The notes under the pieces are model-generated. The model was not told where the DNA came from and did no database searches. It worked only from the letters and a program-made list of their open reading frames with translations. Shown here piece by piece: positions 11,227-24,847 of a stretch of DNA of 64,000 nucleotides. The position numbers and the translations under genes were made by a program. The stretch is from Lepidodermella squamata (lineage: Eukaryota > Animalia > Gastrotricha). The first letter of the stretch is position 1, and each line of letters starts with the position of its first letter. The stretch is taken from assembly GCA_047495785.1 (NCBI GenBank), contig JBLDXI010000002.1, forward strand, positions 806,001-870,000. The letters are read 5' to 3'.

Positions 11227-13943
11227 TCGTAAAATTCGTAAAATATATTATGAAAAAACCTGTGAATGTGATATTTTAAATTTACGTTACGCGTAAAATA
11301 TTATATAGCCAGAGTTGTATGAAAAAAACGTGAGTAATTAGCATTTTTTGCATCCCATATTAGGAATACACGAAACAAAATTTACGCAAACAATTTTCAT
11401 GACTAAGCGGCGATGAGTCATCCAGAAATTATTGGATTAAAGCCACGGCGAAAAAATTCCGAAAAATCCTAAAATAGCGATATCAACTGCTAATTAAGAT
11501 TAAAATGACTAAACGCCCCTTATATTTCGGGTTTTTACAGCTTCTGGTCGTGTTGTTGTTATTGTTGACTGTTAGCGAGTGTGATATATTGCATTAGACA
11601 AGCAAGCGATAACAGCGACGTATAAACAAACCGGCCGCACAAATATATTATTAGGTGCAGGGTCTCTAATAGTAAAAGTCGACGAACATCTGTTCGACGC
11701 GCCTCGAAAAGCATATGGCGGCGAGGCGACACAGACATCATCATCATCATCATCATAACCGCCGCGGTCAAAGCCGCACAGCAATAAAATGTAATGCGCG
11801 AAAATAATATAGATCATGTGCGTAATAAAAAATTTGACGCTCGCTAAAATCGCAAAATTCGAGAAGTGATGATGAGTAGGTATATCGAGTCTCGCTCGTT
11901 ATTACTATTATTATTTGTTCACGGCGCGGGGAAAAAGGGCAATTTTTTCGTTTATTTATATTTTTATTTATATAATAAAAGGTTCTTGTGCGCGTAAAAC
12001 AGAAAACGCGCTTATTGATTGATACTACCTGCCTGCATACACCTCATCATCAATGCACTTTGCGGCCTCTTTTTGAGCGCATGTTGACAAAAAAAATATC
12101 AGCGCGAAAGGAAAGAAAAAACCTGCCTCGCGGCTATTCATTAAAATGGCTGGTTTTCATGGTGCCGCGGTAAAAAAAAAAATTAAAATTTTTGAATGAG
12201 CAATAAAAGTTGCAATCAAAGTCCACTTTTTTATGCACTTCAAGGTCCGCGTTTTTTCGGATTGGGGTATAGTCTTTCCCTGGTCGTGCCTGTGGAAGTA
12301 AGAAAAGTAGGTCATGATATTATGTAAAGCGATTTTGTTAATGTTGGAAACGCGATCAGTAATGGAGCCATATGGCTCCTAATTCGGCTACTTTGGCTAG
12401 CAGTTTTTTTTGCGAATATTATATAACTGATTCTCCCATTTCTTAACCTTATTCTGGTCGATAACTAGGCTATTATCGCATATATTCTACAAAAAATATA
12501 TAACCGCAGTTATTATAGCCCGAAGAGTATTACCTCTTGGAATAATAAATCGGTTCCTATAAAACAGCCCAGGCTACTAAATTTCAACCTCAACATTTTG
12601 AAAAATTCTAATTTAATTGTCGGGGAATCTTTCATTTTTTGAAATTTTCGTACCCACTTGACCCCTCAACCCTGGGCTAGGGATGGGTAATTATTAGCGA
12701 CTGGGCTACGATTGGAACAAATATACGGTATTCAAAGCCTGAGTTACCAGTAAAAATGTAAGCTAAATATTTTGAAAATTCAAACTGCAAATGATCGGAG
12801 GAATTTTTCCAATTCAATAAATAATTTTTAAATTTAATAGTTAATCTCGCCTCGAGAAAAATGAGCCAGTATATCATAATTTCCTAAAAATAAATATTCA
12901 GGTAATTTTTCCATAATTTTCCAGCATTAATTATAACTTCCGAAGAACGAATCTCTATTATGATGAATAAAATTCCTAATATTTTTCTTATTTTTATCTA
13001 AAAAATAGGGGAGGGAATTCAGGTATTTGGACACTTCATAAAATAACCCGACGGGGTCGTTCCACCCATTGTGACGCAAACAAAAGGGTGGCTTCTGTTT
13101 CCGCGAAAATGGGCCGGAGATAAAGCAAAAAAATTCAACTTATAATGAAAAGACAACAAAATTACCTAATTTCAAAAAATTGGAAAATTAACGGGCCGTA
13201 ATCAGTTTAATGCCAGAAAATTCCATTTCCCGAGGTAGAAACAGAAGAAATAATTTATATGCCTATTAAATTAAATAGATATTAAAAATGCGAAAAAATT
13301 GAGAGAAAACATTTATCATTTCGCAGCCCAGGTTTCTGTTGGCAAGTAGTCTGGGCGAAAATGCGTCGTGTGATAATAATGCGGTGTACTACAAGCTTCT
13401 TACAATATACTTAACAAGGTATCAAAAAACCCGCCTACCTATACGCGCATTACTGCTGCTCGTATCACTCCACGTCGGTCGGTCGTGCAATAAGAAGCGA
13501 GGCTACCTACCTACCACTGCTGGCGGTGAAAAAAACTGACGGTGTGTTGTGTTTGTTGTTTGAGCACGAGAGAGCAAGATATTATTATCGTACACGTTGC
13601 CTGCTGTCCTCGGAACGGGTGGAGTTTTATTACTATTGCCAGATTTTAATCATCACATATATATTTTTTCTACTACGCGGCGATATGCAACACCTGCGTC
13701 ACAATAATTTTCGGCCGAAAAATGCAGCAGACCTGGGTATTTATAATATAATATTACTACACTGAGCTGTGAAGTGGAATAAATGGCGAAAATAATATTA
13801 TAATATACTTGATGAATGTATCGGATCCCACGCCCATTTTTACCCATCATTTACGCCTTAAAAACAGTGCCCGGTTGTTCGGTACATTTCCACCGAAACG
13901 TAAAATTTATTTATTTACAAATGAGAAATTGAAATGAAAAAAT

Positions 13944-14369
13944 CTAAATTATGAAGGAAGCCTGCATTCTGCGGCGTTCGTCGTAGTTAGCAGCCTGGAT
14001 AGCGACTTCTTCGCGAATTTTCGACATTTTACTAACTGTCGGCGGCGGTTTGTTCGGCGATTTCTCGGGGCACTGATCGTTTTTGTAAGCAACGTTCGGC
14101 TCTTCGAGGCGGTTTAACGGGTTAGGCAGGACGGTTTTGTTGAAATCGATCTTTTCCTTCCGCGAATTTTTCTTGTGATTGCCGTCGAATTCTTTTCTGG
14201 ACTTTTTGCGAAATTTCAGCGATTTATCGCGATCTTCAATTAGAAAAAAGCCAATTTACAAAAAATGATGCGAAAAATGAGATGAAAAGGTACCTTTCGA
14301 AGAAGCGATGTTGCGGCTGAGATAATGGCGCAAATCCTGATGCGATGATTTTTCGGACTTTTTAGTCAT
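13944..14369 (-). CDS. Small basic orphan protein (121 aa); exons 14369-14294, 14233-13944
   Basis: A 60-bp phase-1 GT-AG intron gives the open frame MTKKSEKSSHQDLRHYLSRNIASSK|DRDKSLKFRKKSRKE...RRRMQASFII*, followed by AATAAA on the minus strand. Confidence 0.65.
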
Positions 14370-14799
14370 CTTAAAATGCGATTTTTATTGCTTTTAACAA
14401 CAGACAACGAAGAGGCCGTATTGCGGTGGCACGGCGATCACCGTTCGTGTGCGGTCTCATATTAATTACACCCTGTGCCGCCGTGACCTGACGTCGCATT
14501 ATTACTTTGACCCAAATTGCAAGAATTGCGAGAACGAAAACTAAGATAGCCGTCTAGAAAATTTAAAAAATTATCGAAAATAGGAAATAAAAATCGCAGA
14601 ATAAAAATAGAATAAATGAAAGTATGTAATTTTCCGTAAATTCGAACCCACGGTTATTTATAGTTAAATTGACGTAAAAGAATGCATTTGAATTCAGCGC
14701 GTGCTGTGCTTTTTGTCTGCAGTTCGTAAAATATGACACCTCCCACGATGAATTGAATTTCAGAACGCAGAAAATAGGAGCTGGGCTCAGAAGATAATT

Positions 14800-17700
14800 A
14801 TGTTGTCGAAATCCTTGAGCTTCCAGCTGTTGATAGTCATTATAATAACCTGCTTATTCAATACACTGGTTTACCTCCACTATTTTCAGCCAGAACCTTT
14901 CACCTCATCGTATGCAAGTGTATTTGGCGGGAGTTCGTATCAGCCGAGCCATTTACGATATTCTGAACCAAACAGCAGAATATCGACGAGGTTCAGTTAC
15001 AAGGATGTTCGGCTTTTGAAAGATCGGCTCCAACGACTCGCCAAATTTCCCCTGCCGCCGGCTAGCGAGGCTTCAGATTTTCTGGCCAATCACACTTCGT
15101 ATCACGGGAAATCTGGTGACGGCGACCTGGACGCGATTCAACACTTGGGCGATTTTTCGACGATTTATTTAGCTATCTTGCGAATTCTGGTTGGAAATCG
15201 AAAAGGTAGACCACTGAACATGGCTTTCATAGGCGGCTCAATCACCGCTGGCCATGGAAATTTGGTGAGTAAAATAAATTTTAATTTGAACCCTGATCTT
15301 CTTGCAGTTCATCAGAAGTTCGAACAGATTTTATGCAAATTTATGAAAAATTTCTAGACTAAATTCTGTCATCGGCTTATTTTAAGCGTTGCCCAACAAT
15401 TTTTAATGATGGAATTTTCGTAAATTTTCATATAAATATTTTATTTAATTTAATTTTGATTTTTTTTCCGCCATTGAATCTGATGATTTGTCCGAAAATC
15501 AATAATTCGATAATTTTCGATAATTTTTAAAATTTTCGCACTGATTATTGATTATCGATTATAGGAAACCAAATCACCTATAATAATTTTAAGATGCCCT
15601 GTTTTAATTACTGATCACTAATTACTGCTATTTTTTGATAGCCTAATGAAACGATTGCCGCTATTATTGAAAATTGGTTTTCAAGAGCGTTATTTCGGTT
15701 CAAAGTCAACGTTACATCAGACAACATCGCTCTTGGCGCTCATGCGAATCACTACTTCACGGCTTGCATGAAAGAGCACCTATCAATGAGCCTGCAAAGC
15801 TACGATTTGATCTTCATCGACGCTGCTGTAAATGCTGATATATCCATCCGCCAGCACCAGGCCGACTATCAAGATAACTACGGCCGGTCGATGGAGGAGC
15901 TGATCCGCGTCATTCGCCGTGCCAACCCTTTCGTTCACATAGTTCTGGTCAACTTTGCTTGGCCGCCGTTGTTGTTCAAGGCTGGTGGCCCTGATTGCTC
16001 GTCAATCGCCGACACGGATTTTCAAAATTTGGCGCTCAAATACGATTTGGCGTCCATTCAATGGAAGCATCGAATCTGTAGCGCCAGACTAGAAAATTGG
16101 CCGAACATATGGCTGAATTTGTCAGGTAAATTCTCTCCAACTGAGGTATAGTGTAGCAATTTTCAAAGTCCTGATATTTTTTAGAAAAATGGCTTAAAGA
16201 TCCATCATCTCATCCATTTTGTAAAAAAATTGAGACCATTGTTTTGAAGAATTTCGGTTTTTCATCGATTTTTCAAAAATTTGAAAACAGTGTGCGACAT
16301 CGGATTTCGTTTTGATACCTTTATTTACTGAAGAATTCGATTTTCATAAATAAATTTGATAATCAATGAAATAATTTAGAGTTGATTATATTTCGGCATG
16401 GGTACCTCCGACGTATAATCTCTTGGGACCTCTTGGTAGCGGAATCAAATTTTGGAATTTTCTAGTGGCTTGAAATCGCTTTTCGAATATTTCTTGCGGG
16501 TCAAGATTGGCCACAATAACTGTAGAAATATCACCAGTAAATTCAGCGCAAAATTCTCTATAAGACAGAGTGTTCAATTCAGAATCCATGTTTCGCCTAA
16601 AAATCGTAGAATTATTAAAAAAATGACTCTTGGCATATTTCGACTCTGTTTACGGAGAAAGCAAATTTGGTTCCGCAAAAGATATCCTGTAATCTCTTTA
16701 AATTCGATGAAATTACTCAATTATTAATGATTTTGATCCAATTATTTACCTGAAATTGAGATACAATTTTGAAGTAGCCCTCCAATTTTCTCGAATAAAA
16801 TAAATAATTTTTTTTCGATTTTCTTCAAAATTCAACCGAAATTTCATAAAATCTTACATTATAAAAGGCCGTTGCATATGCTAATTAGCGTGAAAATTTG
16901 AGGAAAAATTGCAACTTACTAAAGCATCAGGTAATATTAGAAAAATTCCTTTAAATAGCAAGAAAATCAGCGATAACGCTCCACATTTTGGGTTGAAATT
17001 TCAGATTTTTTCGAGGAAAATCCGGATATTTCAACATTCAAAATGCTTGTTTTCGCCCGAACCCCTCGTTAACTTATTCAGTCATTGTTTTTGCTATTTT
17101 TTTATACTTTATACAGAGCTGTACGTTACATCGGCAGATGGCATCCACCCATCCCCTCTAATGTCTGCAGAGATATCGATTTCACTGTTGAAATACTTAC
17201 GAATTACGTTCTCAACACTCCTGGCCGTCGTTCGAAACATCAACACGGGCAACGATCTGGAAAACCTGGTTACCAGCATCAAAGAACGTCTCACCGTCCA
17301 AATCGAGGACGCGCCGAAGTTGTACCTGAAAGAGACCAACATCGTCGCCGCGGATTGTTTTGTCTCAATGAGGCGCGATAAACTGCGAACATCGACTCGT
17401 CTAAGAGATGCGGTGATGAGCTTTTCGGGCACTACCCGTCTCGTCCGCATAGATAATTACGGTTCAAACTTCACAACGAATAATTTCATTCAAACGTTCC
17501 AGCTGAATGGTACAGATTCGGCAATTTCATTAAGATTCAACCGCGAGGATTTTCTTATGAATTGCGAGGCGATTTGCCTGAAATCTCGCGGCTTTCTGCC
17601 AAGAATCGGCTTGGTCTACAAAAGTGGTGGCAGTTGCTTCAAACACGGCTGGCCGTTGGCTCTGAACGTGAATCTAACCCTGGTGGTCGATGAAAATGGA

Positions 17701-17922
17701 AGAAACCGAACTTGGACGGTTCAGTATAGGAACTCGAATTTGCAATGTTACGAGTTCCTTTACAACGCGTTGCACCATTTCGACCCGATCGAATATCCGG
17801 ATAATAGATGTTGGAATTCTGATGTGACTCTGCAGACCCTGACGATTGACATGAAACTCGCCTACACGGGCAGTAACTTTATATTTCACGCAATAACAAT
17901 GGCATATCAATGTTGCGAATAA
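14800..17922 (+). CDS. Type II membrane SGNH/GDSL-type hydrolase; exons 14800-15264, 15642-16125, 17117-17922
   Basis: N-terminal TM anchor; block I FIGGSITAG; block II ALGA; block III DAAVN; block V DGIHP. Introns are in phase and shared with the paralog at 53-55 kb. Confidence 0.8.
16425..16689. mobile_element. MITE, GGAACCAAAT family, copy 2 (in SGNH intron 2)
   Basis: 9-bp TSD TAATCTCTT (16416-16424, 16690-16698). Internal sequence is homologous to 9076-9444. Confidence 0.75.
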
Positions 17923-17974
17923 ATTTATTCTCATATTCAGAAAAATAAGTCTTTGTTTTTCCTATCGTTCACGC

Positions 17975-18573
17975 TTATTTCGGAGCTTTGTCGAATTGGG
18001 TCAGAAGGCCGCACGATTTCTTGCAGTCGTCCAATGAGTTGAAGTTGTTGGCATTGCCTTGACATCCCTGGAAGAAATAAAATTACCAATTAATCTGTTA
18101 CATGGTAATTTAATCTTCTTACGCCGTAGTTGAAGGGTTTGCAAGATTTGCTGTCAATGTCGTAGTAGAACCGCTTGAGGCTAGCTTTGCACGGTCCGAC
18201 CTTCTTCGGCAACTTGCACATCTTCCTCAGTTTCTTGTAACCGTAAGAACACTTGAAGTAGCACTCGGCAGCTGATTCGAATCGATTGTCGTTTCCCTTG
18301 CAGCCCTAGTTGGAATAATTTATAATATAGATGATTTCTTGCTTAGGCTTCAACTCATACCCCATAACCAAATTCTTTGCAGAGACCAGAGACCGGGTCG
18401 TAGTAGAAGCGGGGGATTGCGATAAGAGGGTTGCAGGGGCCTGGATCTACGTCTTTGAAGCAAAATTTCGGTAGAATCATCTTGAGAATGTTTCGAGCAT
18501 TTTTGTCCTTAGCCTCATCGCAGGCTGCCAATCCAAACAGAGCGGCAAAAGTTAGAAAAATACAGAATTTCAT
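17975..18573 (-). CDS. Secreted two-domain Kunitz/BPTI protease inhibitor; exons 18573-18361, 18305-18123, 18067-17975
   Basis: Signal peptide. GPCNPLIAIPRFYYD...C..FGYG|GCKGNDNRF and GPCKASLKRFYYD...C..FNYG|GCQGNANNF...C...C. Domain 2 has P1 Lys. Confidence 0.9.
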
Positions 18574-18768
18574 ACTTAATTTCAGAGTGTAAAAAAATTG
18601 AATGATTGAAGTAATTGTTTATTTTCAAAGCAATTTATTTCACGAGATCTCGCACGCGATTTTCTTGAGAAGACGCATTGCTGGATCAAAACAACAAATT
18701 CACAATCATTTCCATCATTAAACCTATCCAAAATAAGGTTCATAAAGTAATCAAAATTGAGATGAGTT

Positions 18769-20017
18769 TTAAGGTTTCTGAGCATTCTGAGGAATCGATT
18801 CAATGAAAACTGACATCGATCTCACTTTCGCTCGAGATTTACGCACAATTCGGCCCAGGGAACTGATAAAACCAGGCCTTATGTGTCGAATGGCCACTGA
18901 AATTGTCAACTCGGCCAGGACAAACATATTGCCAATCTTCATGGACCAACTTGTAGCTAGCCGAGGTCCGATATCGTTGTAGAACAGTTCGAAGATGAAG
19001 TGGAAGGTCAGGGGTAGATTGCAGGCCATATACACGAGGAAAGCTATGAGCGACTGTTTCGCGATGAAAATTTCACGCTTCTGCCGGGCCAATGCGATGT
19101 AATTCGTTTGCTGGGATGTCCCGAGATTGCTTGCTTGAGCTCCACTACCTTCGCTTCGCCGAAATTTATACCGAGTGAATATATCCCTGGAAACAGAAGG
19201 TGACAGATTTTGTAGAGATCTACCTTAAAAATCTCACCAATAATTCTTGCCGAGTACTACAGAAACGGCTTGAGCGAAAATTAGGTTGTAGATCATCATA
19301 ATGACTAGGGTGTCCGCATTTCCGATGAAGCGGTAATCAAACGTGGTGCAAAGTGGAATGGCTGTGTCGTTGTTGAATCCTGGAACTTCAATGTACCGCA
19401 TACTCAGAGACTGGTACGGCCAAATTGTTAGCAATGATCCAGCTAATCCACTCAGGATGAAACATCCTACAGCCATTGAAATCAACTAAGGAAAAATCCA
19501 CCTCAAGTTTGTTATATATCAAGATTTATACCTTTTTAGAGCTGGATTGATATCGAGTTGTTGATAGGACGCAAAGCCTTCTTTCATAGCTGATCAACAT
19601 ATTTACAAAGCAACCAAACGCTCCCGAAGTGATGTTTATCCACAGCGTAGCCGTGCAACTTTCAGCCCCTGCCTCCCAGTAACCGGTTGGCAATGTAATC
19701 AAAATCCCAATGCACCAATTCAGCGCATAGCAAATATTCCGAACGGCTTGGATCGAGCATAAAATAAGAAAATCTCGATTTAGATTTCGTTTAACATCGA
19801 CCAGAATGTTCGCGATGTTCGCTGCGATGGCGATAAAGCTGAGAAGAACTGTTGGGGCGATGAAACTCAGGCGATCTGAGATTGTTCTTGCGTTGAAGTC
19901 GTGGAAGCAGCCTGCGATGAAGTAAGGCCTTGAGCCGTTAAAGCCTCGGTCAGGGATGTCAGCTATCAGCCAACCAGAACTTAACAGGATATTCCTTGAT
20001 AGTGAAGTTGAATTCAT
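18769..20017 (-). CDS. Divergent rhodopsin-like 7TM GPCR (383 aa); exons 20017-19532, 19485-19238, 19186-18769
   Basis: About seven hydrophobic segments; Cys at the top of TM3; ISYERR in place of DRY; YMACNLP in TM6. Introns are in phase. Confidence 0.7.
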
Positions 20018-20246
20018 AGTATAAAGCAAATGAAGCGAAAAATGATATTGCGGGCAATGTTCCAAGGCTTTTTTCGTCTGAAAAGGAAGTAATGCCATTT
20101 CCTTCACGAGTATCAAGGCTTTTAAAATCGATGTTGAGTGCTAGTTGAGATGTCCCCTTCCTGAGTTTAGCGATTTCGGTCCTATTTTCATGATGTTTTC
20201 AATATTTATTAATCTGTCATTCCTTAAGGTAGCATTTGCGAGTAGA

Positions 20247-21486
20247 TCAAGACCAAATTTGATTGTATTTAATGCACGTGATCTCGCACTCAGCTTTTGT
20301 TTCAAAGTTGTTGCCATCCGGACTCCAGCCACAGTCCTAGCCCGATACGGGTTTCAAGAGAAATCATATGTAAATCAAGTCACTCACCCCAAATTTCGAA
20401 AGTTCGCAATTTCCGGATTTTGTGTCGTAGTAAAAGCGTGGCAATGATAGTACGCACTCCTCGACTCCATGATGAACATCTTCCAACCGGCATCTACTCG
20501 GCTGCGATTCAGCAATGTGTTTTAGGTCTTCAGGACAGGAATCTATACACTCCCACCTCGTCTCAAAAATTGCTTTATTGCAGCCCTGAAACCAGGATGG
20601 ACGAGTTGTTAGGGAGTAAGATTGAAGGATCATTTACCCCAGAGAAAACACGACGGCATTTGCGGCCGACTGGGTAGTTGTTTGTGATGCAAAAGTCATC
20701 CATTGGAAAGCAACTTTGAGCCAAATCTATCCTGAAAATTGTTATATCAATCCCATTCGGTGTTTTTGGATTTCTTACCTGTTTGGCGTTTCTCGTCATA
20801 AATCAGCGGCTTTTGTTCCTTGCCAAAACACGACCATTCACACTTTTGCTTCGACTTGAAGTACTTTCGCTCATTTTCGCATCCCTTTGAAATAAAAGAT
20901 GAAAGTTGAAGTCGCAAAATTAAGAAAGTTACCCCGTAGTATGCCCACCAACATTCTTCGAACATTCGTTCATTGCTATTCCACTGCTTGAGGCAAACCG
21001 TCTTTGCTGCGCAGTTCTCTATGAGCAATGACCATGTAGCGATAAACAAACCGAGCTAATAGCTCATTGGCGAACCTTCCTTTGGGCTAGCATTACTAAG
21101 CTCTTTCTCTCGATCTCGATCTGCCTCAGTTACACACGATTCTTCACATTGTTCCCTTGTTTTATAAGAAATCGCTTTGCCTTGACAGCCCTGCGAGGTT
21201 AGTCAAATTATAAACAAGGAACATATTGGACAAAAATGTACCCCGACGAAAAATCGCTTGCACTTCATCCTTGTACTGTCATCTTTCGCTTCCTTGCATA
21301 GCATTCTGGACCTACATGGCTCTTAATAAATTTCGAAAAACTGAAATCGCGTGAACAGTAAGAGTCTGGTAACTGACCCCTAGGGTGAAGGGGATCGGGG
21401 CTATTTCGTGGAACATAACGACGCCTTGAACAAGCCAGATGAACCAGAAATAAGAAGAAGAAGGTGAGAATCACAAATTTACTCAT
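20247..21486 (-). pseudogene. Degenerate multi-module Kunitz-like gene(s)
   Basis: Signal peptide MSKFVILTFF...; repeated G|GC or G|DC intron position; RFYYDTKSGNC, NNFETKAECEITC. Frameshift near 21285 and in-frame TAG near 21056. Confidence 0.55.
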
Positions 21487-22374
21487 GGTTCGAGGTGAAT
21501 AAAGCATTATTAATGACGTAAGGAGGATCAAATTTCAGACGAATCCGAAATTCCTCGATATGAATTAGTATTCTGCGAGCACAGCCTGAAGTTTGTTAGA
21601 TAATTCTCATGGTTCTCAAAGAAATAGAGATTGCATTCAACAGAATGGGCGCTGGATGCAGTACACAGAAATGGTTTACCGTAATCCGGTACAACTTTGA
21701 ACATTTCACACAAATCAGCTTTTCTCTGGAACCGTGTAACCTCTTGGGAATTTTACTGAATATAGGGTACTTGAAATAACTGGAGCAAAATAGTTTTATC
21801 CTTTGATTCAAATGATGCTCAATAATCAGCTGGAACCAATTTTTTGAAAAGGCTTAGCCTCCGTTTTGCGGCTTTTGATATCAGTTTTTGATGCCAGTCA
21901 AATCCACGGTCTCTCGCAACTATTTTCTATTTGCCTTTCGAAGCTATCATAATTTTAACCCCTTTTAACTTAGTCGAAGGGGATTCATTGTATAAAGTAT
22001 GACCAATATTCTTCTTGCCTCGAATTAAATTAATAACCATGGGGAATTTTCTTAAGCGATTTTCACCAGGCGATAGATAAGGTCTCCGGTAAATTTTCGT
22101 GTACCTTCGTTAGGCTGGGTTTCGAGAGAAGGAATCGGCGACGAAAATCAAACTGCCGGTTTTAATTGAAAATTCCCATTTTTGAAAAAAACCTTATGTA
22201 TCGACTGGTCAAAGCCGCTTTACGAAGTAACCATAAGGTAAGGGAAAAAGAATATTGGCCTTGCTTTATTTCAAATCCGCTCGTTGAAATTCAAATGTAT
22301 GATATTTCGCATCCCAAAATGATCAACAAGACGTTTATTCGTGAATGTAAAGCCTTTTACTTTCGATGTCAACT

Positions 22375-23362
22375 TTAATACGGCACTATGTCTGGCTCTG
22401 GTAAAATACATCGCTCCTCGCATACCTCCTTTGAGGGGAAGTTGTTTTTGTTACCTCCGCAGCCCTGTTTTCGGAAAATGAGCACAATGTTTTGGAGTTG
22501 GTAATTGGCCTCTAAGCGGCTTACCCCATATATGAATTTCCGGCATGAGCCTGATTCCGGATCGAAGTAGTAGCTGGGTATATAAGCTTTGCAGAACCCT
22601 TTTCTCTTCGGCAAATAACACTCCTTTGGTACGACTCGCTCCAGCGAAGCAGGTTCGAGATCACCTCTCCCCACGACCAAGCATGAATCTTCGCAATCGC
22701 TCTCTCTGATGTAGATTCGACGCTTGGCACAGCCCTTGTGGAAGTAATAACATCATTATGCATTACCCGTACGTAATAAATGCCTTACCCCCTTGAAGTA
22801 TGTGGCGCACTTTTCCTTTGCCTTACCTCTGCGTTTAATGCATAATGTTTGACGAATGCAACTCCCTGAAACTGATAGCAATATTGTGGACAGGCCTGAG
22901 AACCAAATGCGACAAACCTTCCGCAGGACGATCGTAAGGTTCCTCAATTGATTTTCGCTCGCGCGAATTGCTGCTGCAGTATTCTTCACATCCCTCTCTA
23001 GTTTCAAAGTCTCTGTTCGCCCCGTCGCAGTTCTAATTGAAGTTGGAACCAGAATGAAATTCATGCGTCTTATTTTCACAAATTGTAAAATTACCGCACG
23101 GTAAACCTTCGAGCATCGACCATCTATAGTTTTGTAGCACGTTATGCGCAATGAGCATTTTTCTACAAAGTAGATGTTGGGATTTGAAGCCCTTTGCGAG
23201 CAAATGCGAACCTTTCCTTGAAATCGGGAACCCAGGCCGCTCCTCAGACGAATCATCACCCCGATGTACCCTTCGCCGCCCCGAGTACCATCGCTTGGCC
23301 GAACATGAATCTTGAAGGAGAACAGCGACGATAAGGCAAGAGCAAAATAAAAGTCTATTCAT
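22375..23362 (-). CDS. Secreted Kunitz-domain protein with canonical C-terminal domain and degenerate N-terminal modules (exon structure uncertain, possibly disrupted)
   Basis: Signal peptide MNRLLFCSCLIVAVLLQDSCSA; CYLPKRKGFCKAYIPSYYFDPESGSCRKFIYG|GCGGNKNNFPSKEVCEERC. Confidence 0.65.
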
Positions 23363-23937
23363 TTTTGCTGCAAAATCAGCGCAATATATCTGCAAAAGGA
23401 AGGTTGGAAAAGTTTGGATTATACCTATTAGTATTCTCAAAGCGCCACAGTCTGGCCGTCTCGCCAATTTAAAGTAATCCAACCTCTGAACCTATTAAAA
23501 AACTTCACCTATGTTTGGAGAAAACAACCATTAGCTTCACAAGTCCCAGAAGTTGCGCAATTGTTTTTCGAATTTCGATTTAACCGAAGATATAACAAGT
23601 TGAGTGCAGAAGACCCGGTAAACCCGATGGTAACTGGCTCGATAATTTTCGGTATTTTACACGGTTGGTCGAAATTTCTCCGAATTTTCTAACCCCAATG
23701 ATAAGTGGCAGCCTTGATTAAAATTCTCGTGATTTTTGAAATTTTCTGGTCGATCTATAATTTTAGAGCTTCTGAAACCTTTTCCGTGGTTTTTCTCTTA
23801 TTGCGTTACTTGTGAGACTCACAGTAGGACAGATGCCCATGTTGCAGTTATGACAGAACTGAAAAAATCCATCTTAATCGTGCCAAGAAAAGTGAGAAAT
23901 AATTGAACGTTTTTGCACATATCAAGTCAAAAGTGGA

Positions 23938-24750
23938 ATGCGGCACCGCAGACAAATTTGCCTAGCACTTTCAGTGCTGATTTTAAACCAACAATTCCTG
24001 CCATGCTATTCTACTGATAAGTATCACATCGATGGTAGAGGAGGCTCCCACAGTAAACTGCCATTTCAAGAAGTGAACGTTGACAGGACTTCGTACGAGC
24101 TATTTGATAGACTTGTTCACGGCGAGGTGAAACCTAAGCATCTTGATGATACAGCGAAGAATGTTTTGAAGAAATTCGAAAAAATTGAATATCAATACGC
24201 TTTTGGCAAGACTTGGAAGGGGAAGAACAAATCTGGGTGCTGCAGCGGGTGCTGCAAGACATTTGCTTTTGTACTTCTCGCTATCCTCGTCGCTGCAGCT
24301 GCCGCTACCGCTACTTATTTTATTGGAGAGATGATCGGGAGGCAGGAAGCTCTTGCCGAAATGGGGGCTACCCGCCCGACCGCAAGTCCCTCAGTTCCAA
24401 GACCACCGCCGTCGGGAAAGTACAACAACACAGACGACTTCGGCCTTCGAATGCTAACCTTAACGAGCAGCTCGGTGGAAGGGCGAATTGATTACGAGAA
24501 GACCGATACCTGGCTGGTACCACGAATTCTGAGGAACATCGAAAATCTTGACGGGCTTGAAAAAGGGTCGGCCACTCTTGAATACCTAGGAAATTCAGGG
24601 CATTTACTGGCATGGCACTTTCAAGGTCAATCAGTGTTGGCGGATAATTCGGAAGTAGCCAACGATCAATTCCTAAGCATCGAAACAATTCGAAATTCGG
24701 ATTACTATCTCGAGCCTCTTGGGGAAAGCTTCAGCTTTCTGAGCGATTAG
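23938..24750 (+). CDS. Uncharacterised intronless membrane protein, family member A
   Basis: N-terminal hydrophobic stretch; central TM preceded by GCCSGCCK; VEGR motif and D.FL...Y tail shared with members B-E. Confidence 0.75.
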   Translation: MRHRRQICLALSVLILNQQFLPCYSTDKYHIDGRGGSHSKLPFQEVNVDRTSYELFDRLVHGEVKPKHLDDTAKNVLKKFEKIEYQYAFGKTWKGKNKSGCCSGCCKTFAFVLLAILVAAAAATATYFIGEMIGRQEALAEMGATRPTASPSVPRPPPSGKYNNTDDFGLRMLTLTSSSVEGRIDYEKTDTWLVPRILRNIENLDGLEKGSATLEYLGNSGHLLAWHFQGQSVLADNSEVANDQFLSIETIRNSDYYLEPLGESFSFLSD

Positions 24751-24847
24751 ACTTTGAAATTCACAAAACCTTCCTGCTACCAAAATAAAAAATTCCACCT
24801 TGAATTATTTTATTTGTTTTGCAATGTTTTGTTCTCGATGACTGGAA

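Noticed and set aside
11400-13900. Short ORFs, (CAT)n run and possible T-box enhancer elements
   Set aside because: No coherent exon chain or recognisable motif cluster; regulatory function cannot be supported from sequence alone.
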